Shown here: one piece after another, positions 1-13,000 of the stretch
Layout: every line of letters begins with the position of its first letter
Numbering within the stretch: the first letter of the stretch is position 1
Source of the DNA: Felis catus
Taxonomy: Eukaryota
Direction of reading: 5' to 3'
DNA: 64,000 nucleotides
Assembly: GCF_018350175.1 (NCBI RefSeq)
Contig: NC_058373.1
Span: 117,678,001-117,742,000, forward strand
Program-made: the position numbers and the translations under genes
Notes under the pieces: model-generated
Told to the model about the DNA's origin: nothing
What the model saw: the letters and a program-made list of their open reading frames with translations, nothing else
The model's database searches: none

Positions 1-19
1 TCTCAGCTCAGCTGGGTAT

Positions 20-135
20 CAGCTGCTTGACCTTAGACAAGTCCCTTCACCTCACCAGCCCTCGGGTTCCCCATCTATAAAGTGGGTAGAATAATGGAAC
101 CCACCTCGAGGGAGAGTTATAAGGATTAGATGTGT
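20..135 (+). mobile_element. MIR
   Basis: TGACCTTAGACAAGTCCC...TTCCCCATCTATAAAGTGGG...AATAATGGAACCCACCTC MIR core. Confidence 0.7.
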
Positions 136-259
136 TAATAGTAGCATCTAATTCATGGGTTTGTTGAATCTTGTATAAAATATGTTAGCCCAGTGTCTAT
201 CTCATTGTAAAGGCTCTGTAGCCCGCACCATAATGCAGCACCTTACACTATGTAGGAGA

Positions 260-745
260 CCCTCCTTGGGTGTCTTCCCAGGACCTGGAAACCTTCCCCT
301 GGTGTCAGACTATGGGCTTCAGGCAGCCATGTTTCTTTTCTCTGCCCCTGACCTCCTGACCATGGCGGATTGGACCAGCGGTGATCACCTGACTCAAGCC
401 AAGCCAAATAGGTGTTCTCTACCAGGAATCTGAAACCAGACCCCTGTGAGACATTTGTCTCAGTCTCTGTGGGTCACTTTCCCTGGACTTGGTGTCGTAG
501 GACGTCCGTATTTTACTGTGTGCACAGAAGAACAGAGAAATACGTCTTAAGAGAGAGAGGATTAAAGCACTTGCCCAGAAAGGAGCTGAAAGAAGAGATG
601 GAGGGGCCAGACAGCTCTCCGCCCTCCCCTTCTGAACCCACCCTGTTGCCCTTTTGAGACACCCTTGTGTCCTCATCCCCCTGTTTCAATTTAGTGGCCT
701 TGAATTGATAGCTGTTATTTACAAACACAGAGTTTTAATGCACAG
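260..745 (+). mobile_element. Degenerate MLT1-like LTR
   Basis: GGTGATCACCTGACTCAAGCCAAGCCAAATAG...CCAGGAATCTGAA and a terminal TTTACAAACACAGAGTTTTAATG resemble old MLT1 subfamilies. Confidence 0.5.
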
Positions 746-1176
746 GTGTTCACAAACATTGGCAGACTGTTGGAGCTAGAAGGGACCTTCAGCCCCTGTC
801 TTTGTTTACCCACTGGGGACACTGTGGTTCCAAGAGGTTAGGTGGTTCACCCCGGGTAACACTGAAACAGTGGCAGAGCCAGGACAAGTGCCTAGAGCCT
901 CTTGGCTGCTTGGGTGAAACCCTGCCCTCTGCCCCTGGCTGCCTCCAAATCTTTGCCTTCTGCTCTAACTCCTAGGGTTTGAGGAGCTAATATGACTGGA
1001 AGGGAGGTAGACTTGGGGACTGGAAGGTTCCCAGGGTTTGGGAAGGAGTTCAAAGGAAATCTCACACCGGGAGACCCAAAAACCCATTCAAGAGGCTAAT
1101 TTTGATGCGGGATCTGGGACTCTTCCAACAGCACCTGGGTCTGCCTGGATGATGCTGGGAAAGAGAGGAGCCAGGC

Positions 1177-1202
1177 CCTCATTTGCATGTATGCAAATGA
1201 GG
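1177..1202. promoter_or_regulatory. Inverted pair of perfect POU octamer motifs
   Basis: CCTC-ATTTGCAT-GT-ATGCAAAT-GAGG with 12-bp perfect inverted arms. The motif is certain; its function is inferred. Confidence 0.55.
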
Positions 1203-2057
1203 CCTTCCACAGCTGTCCAGAAGCCACCTCTGCTCGGAGCGCTCCGCTCCGCGCGGCTGGGGCCTGCTTCCAGCTGTCTACTCAGCCTTGGAAGAAAGAG
1301 AGAGACGGGCTCGCCAGAGTCACCCACCCAGCTGACACAGAGTCATCCCAACACTGCTGTGCTGGAGGAGCAAAGAGCTTAAGCCCCCAGAGTGTGAAAC
1401 TGGGGTCTCCCTCGCCCGGGCCGCCCCTCACCCCACCGGCAGCTGTTTCCCTGCTGGGCAGGAACAGAGGCCAGGCCCAAGATCCAGGATTCTAGCAGGA
1501 GGGCCGTGGGGAGGACTTGCCCATGGTTTGAGGAGCTGCACCTTTCTGGGGCTCCCACATCTCCCTTTCCCTGGCCTCGGCACCGCCCATCCCTCTCTGC
1601 AAGGCCTTCCCTTCCCTCACTGAGCCCGGGGAGAAAGAAGAGACTAGGCAATTGGCCTGGGGGTTGGGAAGCCTGACCTGAAACCCAGCTCAGCCACTGG
1701 ACTCCCTATCACCCCGAGCAAGTCTCAGCCTCAGTTTCCCCTTCTATACATTTGAAGGTGAGGCAGGAAGCCTAGAGTCATGCCTTTAGCCAAAGAACTC
1801 CTTCCACAGCGACATCTTAGATGGACTGCCAAGCTGTGCGGCCTGGTTGCCACAGCTCTGGGAGGGGAGGGGGTGTCCGTCAGCCTTTCCCCCACCTGTT
1901 CATCTTGTAGAGCCCCTGAGGCTCATCACGGTACATTTTGAAAACCACGAGGCTCACTGGTCCCTAAGGTCCCTTCCTGCTGCCAGGTCTATGATTTCAA
2001 AGCCAGGAATGGCTGCTGAGGAGTGGGTAAGGCGGGGCTGGGGGGAACGAAAAACAA

Positions 2058-2262
2058 TTTTTTTTTTCAGTTTCCTTTATTTACTTATCTTGAAAGAGAG
2101 CGGGGGGAGGGACAGAGACAGACAGACAGACAGAATCCCAAGAAGGCTCCATACTGACAGGCCTAAGCCCAATGCTGGGCTCGAATCCATGAGCCATGAG
2201 ATCATGACCTGAGCCAAAACCAAGAGTCAGAAGCTTAACTGACTGAGTCACCCAGGTGCCCC
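2058..2262 (-). mobile_element. CAN-SINE (SINEC)
   Basis: Reverse complement of GGGGCACCTGGGTGACTCAGTCAGTTAAGC...; (CT)-rich tract and A-rich tail. Confidence 0.9.
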
Positions 2263-3785
2263 ATGAAAAAGGATTTTAAACTATTGGAAAGACCCAAGGG
2301 CAGCCACAAACCTGTGGGTTAACAGACAGCCCTCAAGTTCGTATTTGTGGATCTGCCCTGAGGAAAATCCTGCTGGAGGCTCTCAGCCTCCCTCCACATC
2401 CATCTGGGCCCCAAGGCCTTGGGAGGACTACCTGTGCCTAGCGGACTCCCCTCTGAGGGCAGCCAAGGAGGGCTGGCCCACCTAGGTCCCGAGGCTTACC
2501 CCTGTGCTCTCTCTCTCTCTCTTTCCCTGCTATCTCTCCCTCTTCCTTCCCCCTTCTGCCCCACCCCACTTGCCAGCCCAGCCCAGTCCATCCCTGGGAA
2601 AGTACTTGAACAATACCTGGAGAAGGGGATCAGGTATCCTGGGGGGACCAGCCCCTACAGAACACACAGATGGTTAATCCCTGGGCAATTCTGGGCTTTC
2701 CTTTCCTCCCCTCCCCCAGTCCCTCTCTCCTCTCTGTTTCCAGTCCTGGGCCAGCTCCCAGCACCCCTGCTCTCCTGACAAGACATCCTTTTCAGAAGAA
2801 AAGGTAGTTTGCTCTGGATGCGGGTTAACTAGTTGTGGGGCTCAGTGAGTCATTCTCCTTCTCCAGGCCTTAGTTTCTTCGTTTGGAAAATGAAGGGATT
2901 ATACTGACAAGGAGGTGTTTCAACTTTGGGGATGTCACAGATCCCTTTGAGAATCTGAAGAGAGCCAGGCGCACGCGCACACACACACACACACACACCA
3001 CATAAAATTTTACGGACCAGGTGGAAGCCCGTCCATGGACTAGAGAAAGGCTCGAGTTCTAGTCTAGGCCCCTGGGCTCAGTTCCTCCACTCCATGCTAG
3101 CTGCACCCCCCTTCATGCCCTGGACTGGAAATGCCAGACGAGTCACAGGAGGGTTGGGCCCCAGCACACACCCCACCCCCTCCCCTGGGAAGGAAGTGAA
3201 GAGGGAAGTGCATCCCTCAGTGGATAGGGTAGAGAGCAAAGAGGTTGCAGCCTCCGGTCCCCCTTCTCAGCCCCAAAGCCCCTGGCCTGGGAGCTGCAGT
3301 CTATAGTGCACCTGCCCACACACCCTTGGCACCTGGCCTTGGCCCAGCCAGTCTGTCCTCCTGAAATTATCGGCAGGCCCTACGAGACAGGGCCCTGGTC
3401 CTCAGATCCAGCCTGCTCAGCACAGTTCACAACACCTCCCCTACTCAGGAACCTTTCGCAGCTCTCCCCGGGAAGTTCCCAACTCTGTCCCCTTATTAAA
3501 GGCTTTCCAGGTCAGACCCCGGCCCCAGGCATTTCTGCCTCAGCTCCTGAAACTCCTGTCCACACTGGCCAGTCTGAACTACTAGCCACATTTTCTGGCC
3601 TCCACACGTGTGCCTGGAATTGTCTCTCTCTCCCAGCTCCTGCCATCACCTAATGTCTAAATTAGCCAAAATGCCACCTCCTCTCTGAAGCCTTCCTAGC
3701 TTTCTCTCCAGTTGGAAGTGCTTTCCCCGCTGAACTCTCGTTATCTGACAGCTATTGTGACCTTTGCCATGTTCCCCTCATTTCT

Positions 3786-3998
3786 TTTTTATGTATTTAT
3801 TTATTTATTATTTGAGAGAGAGCAGGAGCTGGGGAGAGGGATGGAGAGAGAGAGAGGGAGAGAGAGAGAGAGAGAGAATCCGAAGCAGGCTTCATGCTCA
3901 GTGCAGGGCCCAACACAGGGCTCAAACTCACAACCATGAGATCATGACCTGAGCTGAAACCAAGAGTCACTCAACTGACTGAGTCACCCAGGCGCCCC
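3786..3998 (-). mobile_element. CAN-SINE (SINEC)
   Basis: SINEC head, (AG)n tract and tail. Flanked by a degenerate TSD, TGTTCCCCTCATTTCT / TGTTCCCCCTCGTTTCT. Confidence 0.9.
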
Positions 3999-4044
3999 CT
4001 GTTCCCCCTCGTTTCTGAGGATGAACTCAACAACATAAGGCCAT

Positions 4045-4089
4045 ACAACTATTTAGTGGACACCTATTTAGTGGACAACTATTTAGTGG
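4045..4089. repeat. 15-bp tandem repeat x3
   Basis: ACAACTATTTAGTGG / ACACCTATTTAGTGG / ACAACTATTTAGTGG. Confidence 0.9.
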
Positions 4090-5444
4090 CCAGGTACAGG
4101 GCCAAGAGCTTTACCTGAGTTGTCTCAACCTTCCTACAGAGGCAAGGTATAAGGCAGATGTAATTATGTCTATCGAGAGACAAAGAGGCAAAGCCACATC
4201 TCTCTGATTCCCAACTGCCATACTTTCCTTGGCCCTACGGTGCCTGAAGGTCTCAGGGAACTCATCCTATCTTGAGGGCAGGATCTTACTCACCCTTTCT
4301 TCTAGATCGAAGCTATTGTCACATCTGCCATTAAATGGTGGGAGAGAGGGTGGTAGGAGGAGACCGAGGGAGAACCAACCGTATGTGCCAGGACTATACC
4401 CGTGGGACTGCCTTGAATCTTCACAGCTACTCTGCAAAATGGGTCCCCTTTTCCTTGTGTTACAGATGAGGCAGCTGAGGCTCCTGGAGGTCATGTAGCA
4501 TGCTGGCCAATAGTCACCATGAAGGGCAGCTCTAGTCCTCCCCCCAAGCCTTCTCAGGGCCCCAAAGCCCCCTCCACCAGCAGCCTCACAGCGTGCACTG
4601 AGACCGGGATGAGTTTTCCCGGTGTTTTTTCTTCCAGTCAACAAATAGGTCCCTAAGTGTGAGAGTCCGGTGACATTTATAATTGAAATGTATTTTCTAA
4701 CTGTCTTCCATTATTGGAACTGTATTCCCACGGGCAATAATTTTGGCCTCAAGACATAATGAAAAGCATACAGGAGTACGATGTATATTCTTTAAATGGC
4801 GTAACTAGAGGAAAGCTAATGATTTTATGGCACAACAAAAGCACAACTAAAAGATCACCCCAGAGGCTTCATTTCCTCCCCTCCAAAGTTAGATCCTGGT
4901 TGGAAGAAGATGGGCCTAGATTCTTACCTAGCCCTTTAAAATCAAAACATAGGTATAAACCACCAGTTTTAAACCCTGGACTTTTAGGTGCTCTTTACAA
5001 ATGGCTTTAGCCTCTGGTTGTCTGTTTAGGGACTCATCTAATAATGTATTTTTTTCAGGGTCCTTTATGAGCTCTTTGAGGAGAATGCGGGCCTTTGTGC
5101 CCCAGAGAGGCGTGGAAATCATTTTCATAATTTACTATTTCTTCAAGTGCAGAGTGGATTTCGTTTAAGAACACAGGGTGGCCCACTTCATAGAGATCCT
5201 GTTACTAAGGCAATGGTACCTGAAGGATTCAGATTTTAAGTGGGCTGTAGTAATCCAGCAGAGACAGATGGGTAAAGGCCTGGCCACCCAGTCCTTCCCA
5301 CCTAACAGAGCCACCTCCCCCACAGGGGCCAGGACCCATAGTGTAGGACCTGCTGCTGATTTGGCCAGGGCCTTGCCCCAAGGGGGGAAAGACCTATTTC
5401 TGTAAGGCAGACTGTGCTCTACATCCCACTTGTTTCCTCTAATT

Positions 5445-5800
5445 TGTTCATTCATTCATTCATTCATTCAACCACTCACTCACTCACTCATATACTCATC
5501 CATCCATCTATCCAACCATCATCCATCCATCCATCCGATTATTAAACATGTACAGGGAAGCTGGGATCCAACAGTGAACAAGGCATAGTCTATGCCCTCC
5601 AAGAGCTCAGTCTCATGGGGGAGGCCAGCCCGAAAGCTGGCGAATGGAGCAGGGAGTGCCAGGTACTATGAAAGAGATATGTACCAAACATAATGGAGTC
5701 TCCATAGCAGCTCCTCCTTGGGCAAGTCAGAAAAGTTTCCATGAGGAGAGAGGGCTGAGTTGAGCCTTAAAGCTGTAGGTGGAGGGAATAGAAGCACAAG
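5445..5800 (-). mobile_element. L2 3' end with an expanded (TTCA)n/(ATCC)n tail
   Basis: TTCATTCATT... and ATCC repeats at 5445-5536, followed by CAGTGAACAAGGCATAGTC...GCCCTCCAAGAGCTCAGTCT. Confidence 0.65.
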
Positions 5801-8800
5801 AGGGTGGGAGCATGGAGCGTGGATGGTGGCCTTCTAGACAGAACACAACTCAGACACATTGACAAAAGACAGAATGGAGGGTTGGAGAAGTTCTGAGTAG
5901 TTGTGTGAAATGAAGATTGTGAAAACCACCCTAAAAAGGAGCCAGACTGAGGCCCAAGGGCTGAGAACGGCCTAAGGAGCTGTCCTTTGAGAGGATGTGC
6001 AAAGCGTGCGGAGAAGGAGTGAGGGGTGCATGGAGCCAAGCCCACACGTCAAACAAAATGGCAGGACAGTTGCCGAAAAACCTCAGGCTCATCTCCTACA
6101 GGTGAAGAACTCTGAGAGCCTCCAGCACCAGCTCTCAGCTTCAGAAGAGGTCCTCTGTGCGGCCATGATGGTAAGTAGGGCCCTGTGGAAGAGTTTACCC
6201 CAGATCTGGGAGGCAGTCTGGATCCCAGTGCCTAAGACAGCGGTCCCAGGCCAGCCCAGCGTCCCTAGATTAAAGGAGGCCTTTGCTCTCATTTTCCTCG
6301 CTGCTTGGAAAGCCGCTCCCGAATCGCACATCCCTGCTGTGGAAGTCCCACGCATCCCTGGGTGTTCTGCTCCAAGGAGCCTAGCTCTTCTGAGTATGTT
6401 CTCCCCCACAGTATACATTCAGGACCATACCTGTCACCTCATCCTGAATTCAAGTCACTTGTGTACGTGTTAGTCCCCTCAGCTGACCCCTTGTTCCCAC
6501 TGAGAGGTCCTAACGTTGCTATGGAACGCTGTATCCTTCAAGCCTATAGCTCCTAAGAGATGGTAAAGTTATGCTCATTAAAAATGTCTTAGATGACCCC
6601 GCCGAGCCCCTCTGCGGACACAGAGGACCCAGGGGAGGAAGGGGAGCAGAAAGGAGCGACTGCCCGGCCCTCCTCAGCACCCCGAGATGCCGGGGGAGGC
6701 TCTCTGGAGTTGTGTTTTGCCTCTGTTTGGGGTTGAGCCTGTGTTTAGTCCCTAGTGGGTCTAGCATTATTTTCCTCAAGGTTTCAAGGGGGTGGAAGAG
6801 CGTTTCATATTTCTCTGTTTGGCAAATAGTCTGTCCCCTGCCTCCCTTCCCAGCCATCAGGAATCTCAGAAATTAAAACCGGAGGGACTCGGGTTTCTTT
6901 CTGAGGAGGGGCCTTGACAGGAGGGGAGGGGCGGGCGCCAGACTCTGGGTTTTCTCTGCGAAGGTGGAAAGAGGAGGAAGGATCAGCCCTGGATTAAAAA
7001 GCCCCAGTGCCCAGTGCGGGGAGGACCGGCTCGGTTCCCTGCCGCCTGCCAGGGGAGCACCCTTGCTTTCAAAGCTGAGAGGACAGCAGCGGTCCCCCGC
7101 TCCCTGGTGCTCCCCTTCCTTCCCTTGGGGGGAAGGGAGAAGCTTTCCTCCGCAGGGAGAGGCGGGAGGAGCCAGGCCCAGCTGAGAGGGGGGGGCCCAG
7201 ATGCCAGCAGAGAGGGAGGTGGGGGGGGCCAGGAGGGCTGGGAGCCAACGGGCCCCCGAATGAGGCTTGGCGATGGCAGGCGGGTGCTGTGCAGAGCGGA
7301 GCTGACACCTGAATCTCGGCTCGCCTCCCCCAGGAGAGCACTTTAATGAGGCTCACAGCTGTGATATCACAGAACGAGCATTAACAATGCTAATTACCTC
7401 AAGTTTAGCCCGAACATTCTCAACCCACCCGCCTGGGGAGCACACTGTTGTTCTGGCCCCTGCGAAAGCACTCACGGGCTGGGGCTTAGGAAAGGAGGTG
7501 ACAGCAGAAAGCAGAGCACCAGGTAGGCCAGGGCGGGGTGGGGAGTGGGGGGGAGGGAGGGCAGTGGCTGCCGCAGGCCGCGGGGACCCCCAAGAGAGGA
7601 GGAGGTGAAGCCTCCTGGTCCTGACCCGGATGTTCCTCTGCTTCCGCTTAAGAGGAACCCAAAGGAGAAGCCCCCGGTTGTGCGGGGGGGGGGGGGGGGG
7701 GGGAGGGGGCGGTCAGGCCCCCTTTGGGGAAAGCTGAGAGCAGAGACCCTATCTAACTGTACTTGGCCAAGGGTCACGGTTCCACGACGGCCTCCTGTCA
7801 TCACACTGCCTGCTGCAGCCTCAGGGGACACCCTTCGGGCCCCTACCAGGTAGCCCCAAAGATGCTTTCAAATTTGGGGATTTTTTAAAGCAGCACAACC
7901 AGCAACATACGAAATAGATGAAATCAGTTGTGCTGGTCAACGGCTTGAGTTGAAGGTTGGGATTCAGAAAGGTTTTTTTTTTTCCCACCCCTGCCCTCCG
8001 AGGGCCCACGACACCCCCAAAGACCCTCCCGGAAGCCTAGGCCTCTGCAGAATTCACCTGGAAAACGAGTGTTGTGGAACCCAACATAACCCTCTGGCTT
8101 CATTGTGTCCGGCATGAAGCCTGCCGTTCTGCGGGACTGCGTGGAGATAGGCTTTGCCAGGCACCCCAGAGGACCCGGGACACAGGCAGGTGGGCCTAAG
8201 CTGCGGGGGCGAAGGATGGATATGGGTGTACGTGTGCATATCCACCTGATCCGGAAGGTGGCTCCTTACCCGAACCTGCCCGAGTTTATAGAAGTTCACG
8301 CCTGGGTCTACAAAAGTCAAACGTCACCCAACTAGACAAGGCAGGACCTTAGAGCTGCTGACTCCTCTCCCAGTGTCCTCTCTGCTCCAAGAAGGGGAAA
8401 CCACATATGTCTCTCCCACAATGCCACACCCTTAGGCTCTCTCTAACATGGGGTGTTCTCCCCTTGATCCCTTCTTCTTAATCCCCTACCCCATCCCACC
8501 CCCGTCCCATGCTTTGTCCTCCGCCGCCGAGGAAAGAACCGAGGAAATCCACTCTGCTCTGACTTGAACACAAGGAGGGTCCCTCCACTTTCCCCTCCCT
8601 CCACTATCCCTGTGACTCCCTAGAGCTACATCAGTCTCCGGGCTGTATTAGAGAACTCTCCCAGACCCAGCTGACCACGCGCCTCGCTCAGCAACCGGGA
8701 TGCAAAGCTGGGGTCAAAGTGGAAACCTCACCCCCGTCCCTGCAGACGAAAGGCCTGTGCGTGGCTGCCTGTGCCTTCTCCTGCTGGACTTTGTCATGAG

Positions 8801-10033
8801 CCTATACCCCGCCCCCTGCTGCTGGCATGAATGGTCTCACTCTGGGTGAAGGGTCTACCTTTCTGCTCTGGCCCCCGCGTGGGGACATTGCTCGGCAGAG
8901 ATGCCTCGACGACCTGCTGGCTGGCGCTCGTCTGCAGCCACATCACTGGCCCCCGTGCCACAAGTAACCGCCCCATGTTAAGCTTGGAGAGGAGAGGCTG
9001 AAGGCACGCGGGGACCTCTGCACTAACACCCACACTTAGCGGAGAACAGGGGAGCTCCTACCCAGCCCCACGGCCAGCCATGTCCTACTGGAAAGCCCCC
9101 AGTCAATTCCAACTAAAAGCCCACTGACCGACTGAGACAGAAGTCCCTGCTTGGGTTCCAGCGCCCCCATTTCCCAACTGCCCCCAGTTCGTATGTTATT
9201 ACTTGTCTGGCTTGCAAGCCCTGCGAGGGGTGGGGCCTTGTCTTCTCGGCTGCACACGCCTGCCCCACGGGACAGGCTTTATTTGCTGATTTTTCTTAAA
9301 TGTGGTTTCGGAAGACTGACTCCTGGCTCGCGGCCTCAGGAAACCACTGGCCGTGTGGGTCGGGGGTCCCGCTGCTCCTTTAAGGTGGTTGCTAAGCTCC
9401 AGAGGGTCTCAGGGCAGATGTGTCTTCTACAGGCCCTCTTGCTCCTGGCTCAGGGCGGCCATCCCACTGCCTTTTATGGAAGGCCGTTTCAGACCTGAGA
9501 GGGGAGGGGTGGTGACTCGGCTGGCTCTTCTAGATGGTCCTGAGCCTGAGGTCTCTCTTTCCCCCACCACATCCCCTTACCTCAACCCTGAGTCATCTGT
9601 GAATCGTCCAACCCCACTCCCCCGGAAGTTCCAGGGGGTTCTCTCCCGATGCCCGGGCCTCTCAGAGGGGTCTTCTCAGGTGAAGCTGTAGGTTGTGTTT
9701 GTCTGCTGTGCCCACGAAAGCTGCAGGGACCGAGGCTTCTCCGGAGCTTGTGGGGGTCAGAATTCCATCACCAGCAACAACCGAGACGTGGCCCGTGTTG
9801 CTCCTGGGGTCTCCTTGCAAACACGTAGGCATCAGGCTTTCCCTGCAGCCTGATATACGTGCATGTGCACATAAGCACACGCACACACACGTACATATGT
9901 CTTCCCACTGTATACCCCGGTGTGAAAGGGCCCCACTCCCACAGGATCTGTACGTTTCCAGTGGATTTGTTGACGACTGGGTTGGTGATGGGAGGGGGGA
10001 AATAACCAAACGTTCCCAAGAGTTTCAAAGCCT

Positions 10034-10039
10034 TTTATT
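10034..10039 (-). terminator. Candidate polyadenylation signal of DPF3b
   Basis: Minus strand ...AATGTGTAAACAAATAAAAGGCTTTGAAACTCTTGGGAACGTTTGGTTATTT: AATAAA with an upstream UGUA and a downstream GU-rich element. A second AATAAA lies at 9278-9283. Confidence 0.55.
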
Positions 10040-13000
10040 TGTTTACACATTCTCTAAATTGCAGACAAAAAAGATTCGCTACGTAGGTCATCAACACTGC
10101 TAACCAACCACAGAACAAGATACTAACCACAGCAAAGAAGGGACGGGGCCTGTGACTCAGTCTTTGTGAACGTGCAAGGGCTCCGCAGAGGGACTGGGAC
10201 GTCCAGGGTCCCCAAGACTGCTTGATGCCCACGTTATGCTGGCTCCGGGTGGTGACCTCTCCAAGGCCCTCCTCCCAGAACCTGGTCAGGACAGAAGGAA
10301 AGGCAGGGAGAGACGGAGGGGCCCTGGTTCACTGAAAGCCCCTCCAGGCAGCCCTCCTGAGCAAAGCAGTCCCCTCTGCCTCCTGCGAGCCTAAATCGGG
10401 ATGTGGGCTGTTTGCAACCTGGAGATCCTCCTGGAGACTGTCACATACACCAGCTGTCTGGGAAGTCACAGAGCCTGCGCGTCCCCTGAGGACAGTGGGA
10501 GGCGTGGCACGGCCTCACCTCCAATACCGAGACACGAGGGATCCCGATACATCCCTAAGAGAGGGCAGAAACACCACAGCACTCTTCACTTCGGGAGCCA
10601 CGGAAGAGGGGGGGACTTGACACTCAGGGGAAAGGAGCACCCCAGGAGACAGGAGAAGAGCGGCACACACACCCCTACACACTGACACTACATCACGTCA
10701 CACCCGAAAGGGTCAGGGGGCGGGCGTGGGAGATTTCATGTGTCTGTTGCCGCGGTTGCTTTTCAGAGGAGCCGGTGGGGATCTCTCGCTCAGACCATTA
10801 CATCCGACTTCCTAAGCCGGTAGCCCTTCTCTCTAACCTCACGGAAACTGTGCCAGCCTCAGTCCTGGACACTTTCCGAAGCACCCAAGCAGCTCAAGGA
10901 AAAGCCCCTCAGTTGTCCAGTCAGCGGAAGGTAATGTGATGCTGGAACCTTAGGTCCGGGGGCGGGGGGAGGGAGTCCAAGGGAGCATAAAAGGAAGACC
11001 CTCATTAGCAGGCATCTCATTAGAGCTCACCAAGGCCAGCTCTCTCGGCCGTTCTTTGATGGCTACGAGTTTCAGAAAGAGCTGAGGTGGGGAGCGGTGC
11101 GAGAGTACAAGATACAAGAAAGCACTTTGGAATGATGGGGGTGCACCGTGGAAAGGGGCTTCCCTCTCTTGTGCCCCCACCTGGGAGAAGGTGACCTCAG
11201 GTTTGCATCACGTCTTCACGTCCAGAGACGTACACGGAGATACAGCAATAGGAGATCGCCGGCGCATTTCCAGGGGTACCCTTTGCAAATACAGCCAAAG
11301 CAGCCTGGGGGCAATACATTCCTGAGGCTGCGAGGCACCCGGGGTCTACTCACCAGCTGAGACAGCGCAGTGAGGACTTAAACTGACCCCCTTCCCAGAC
11401 CTCTCCAACTCTGAGTCAACCAGACGGCTTCCACGCCCTTCCCAGAACCCGCACAGGCATGAGCTTCCTCACACGGCACTCGGGCAGGCACCTCCTCCTA
11501 AGGGACCCCTTCACCCTTTCTACCCCAGCCCACCCGGAACTCGAGGGGTTCATATGCGGCGGCAGCCCCCACCCCAGCCACCAGAACCAGCCTCCTCCTG
11601 GCGAGGAACACGGTGGGGCATCAGGCGACTGGAAGAGGAAAAGCCATTTATCTTGGCTTCTGGGCACAGATGCTCCATCTCTTGGTTCTCAAAAGGAATG
11701 TTCGCAAAACTGGGCTTTAAGATCGCCCTCAGCCCAAACACGTCGTGGGAGGGCGGAGGGGGGGCGGGGGGCAGACCTACTTGAGGACAGGCTCTTGCAC
11801 CATTGCACCGTGTGACGCGGACCGGCCAGTCTCTCCTTCAGGTGTCCATTTCCTGATTGGCCCAGGGTGTCCGCATCCGGCTGGGAGGGCGTGTGAGCAG
11901 ACTGTGTTCGCAGCCTGAGAGTCTGCTCGCGTGGAGGTGGGAGGGAAGACCCTCTCCGAGCTCAGCCCGTGGGGCCAGCAGAGCTCTCCCACTCCCAGGT
12001 CCATCCCGCATGCAGCTGAGGGGGCCAGTGGGCTCAGAGTCTGAGGCCTCTGCCTGGGTGCGGTGCGGCCAGTCTGGCCCGGATCGGATCCAAGTCAGAG
12101 GACCCACCCCACTCTGCTGCCACCGGCACGGGAGACCGGGGGGGAATCCGGGTCATTCAAAGGAGGCTCGGTTCAAAAGAACCACCGGCTTTCACGTGGC
12201 CAGTGGGTCAGACCCCAGAGAGCATTTCAGGTTCTCAAACGCTTCAAAACCAGTCTCACAGCCAGGCATCACGGAAGCCAGAGGTCCCAAAATTCTGCCC
12301 GCTCACAGCCGTGTGCTGGCCGGGGACCCCAAAGAGCCTTCTCAGGGCGTCTCCAGCAGAGAGGCCGAAGGCTGCGTGAGGCCAGCTCGGCGCTGAGGCC
12401 CACGCGAGGGCAGATAACGTGCCTTCGCCCAAGCCCGGGCATCCAGCTTGAAAGCGAGCTCAGTGCGGCTGCTTCGGGGAGTAACGGTGAGCGGCTGAAA
12501 TCCGGCTGTCACGCGTGCAGAGGAAAGGGGGGGATGGAACAAATGGTGTCTTCCTGATGCTGTCAATTCAGACAACAGGGAGTCCAGCGAAGCACGAAGT
12601 CAGGAGCCGATGAGCACCTGGCCAAAGGTGGGCAGAGGGGGTTTCCTGGAAACGCCTCCAATGCCGGGCCTCTCCCCGACGCCTGCCTCCCGCTGCCATG
12701 CCAGAACCGCACAGGAGGCCGAGACAGGCTGGCGGGGGTCTCCATGGGCGTCCACCCGGTCTGAGCATGAGGCCCTCCTCCCACCCCACCATGCCCCCCC
12801 GCTCTTTCCAGTGGGGACTGGGCAAGGCTGTTGTGTCACTGTCCAGCTCTCATCGGGCCCTGCCAATTGCACCTCCCTGCCCGCCACCCCAGGAGGCCAA
12901 GGCAGCATTTGGAGGCACGGCCTCCGGTCCTCTGGCCCGCTCGGCACACGCCAACCCAGGTGCCTTCATCATCACGGAGGCTCAGGGTCACCTTCCAAGG

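Noticed and set aside
4045..4089. CRISPR-like repeat array
   Set aside because: Head-to-tail tandem copies with no spacers, in a mammalian genome.
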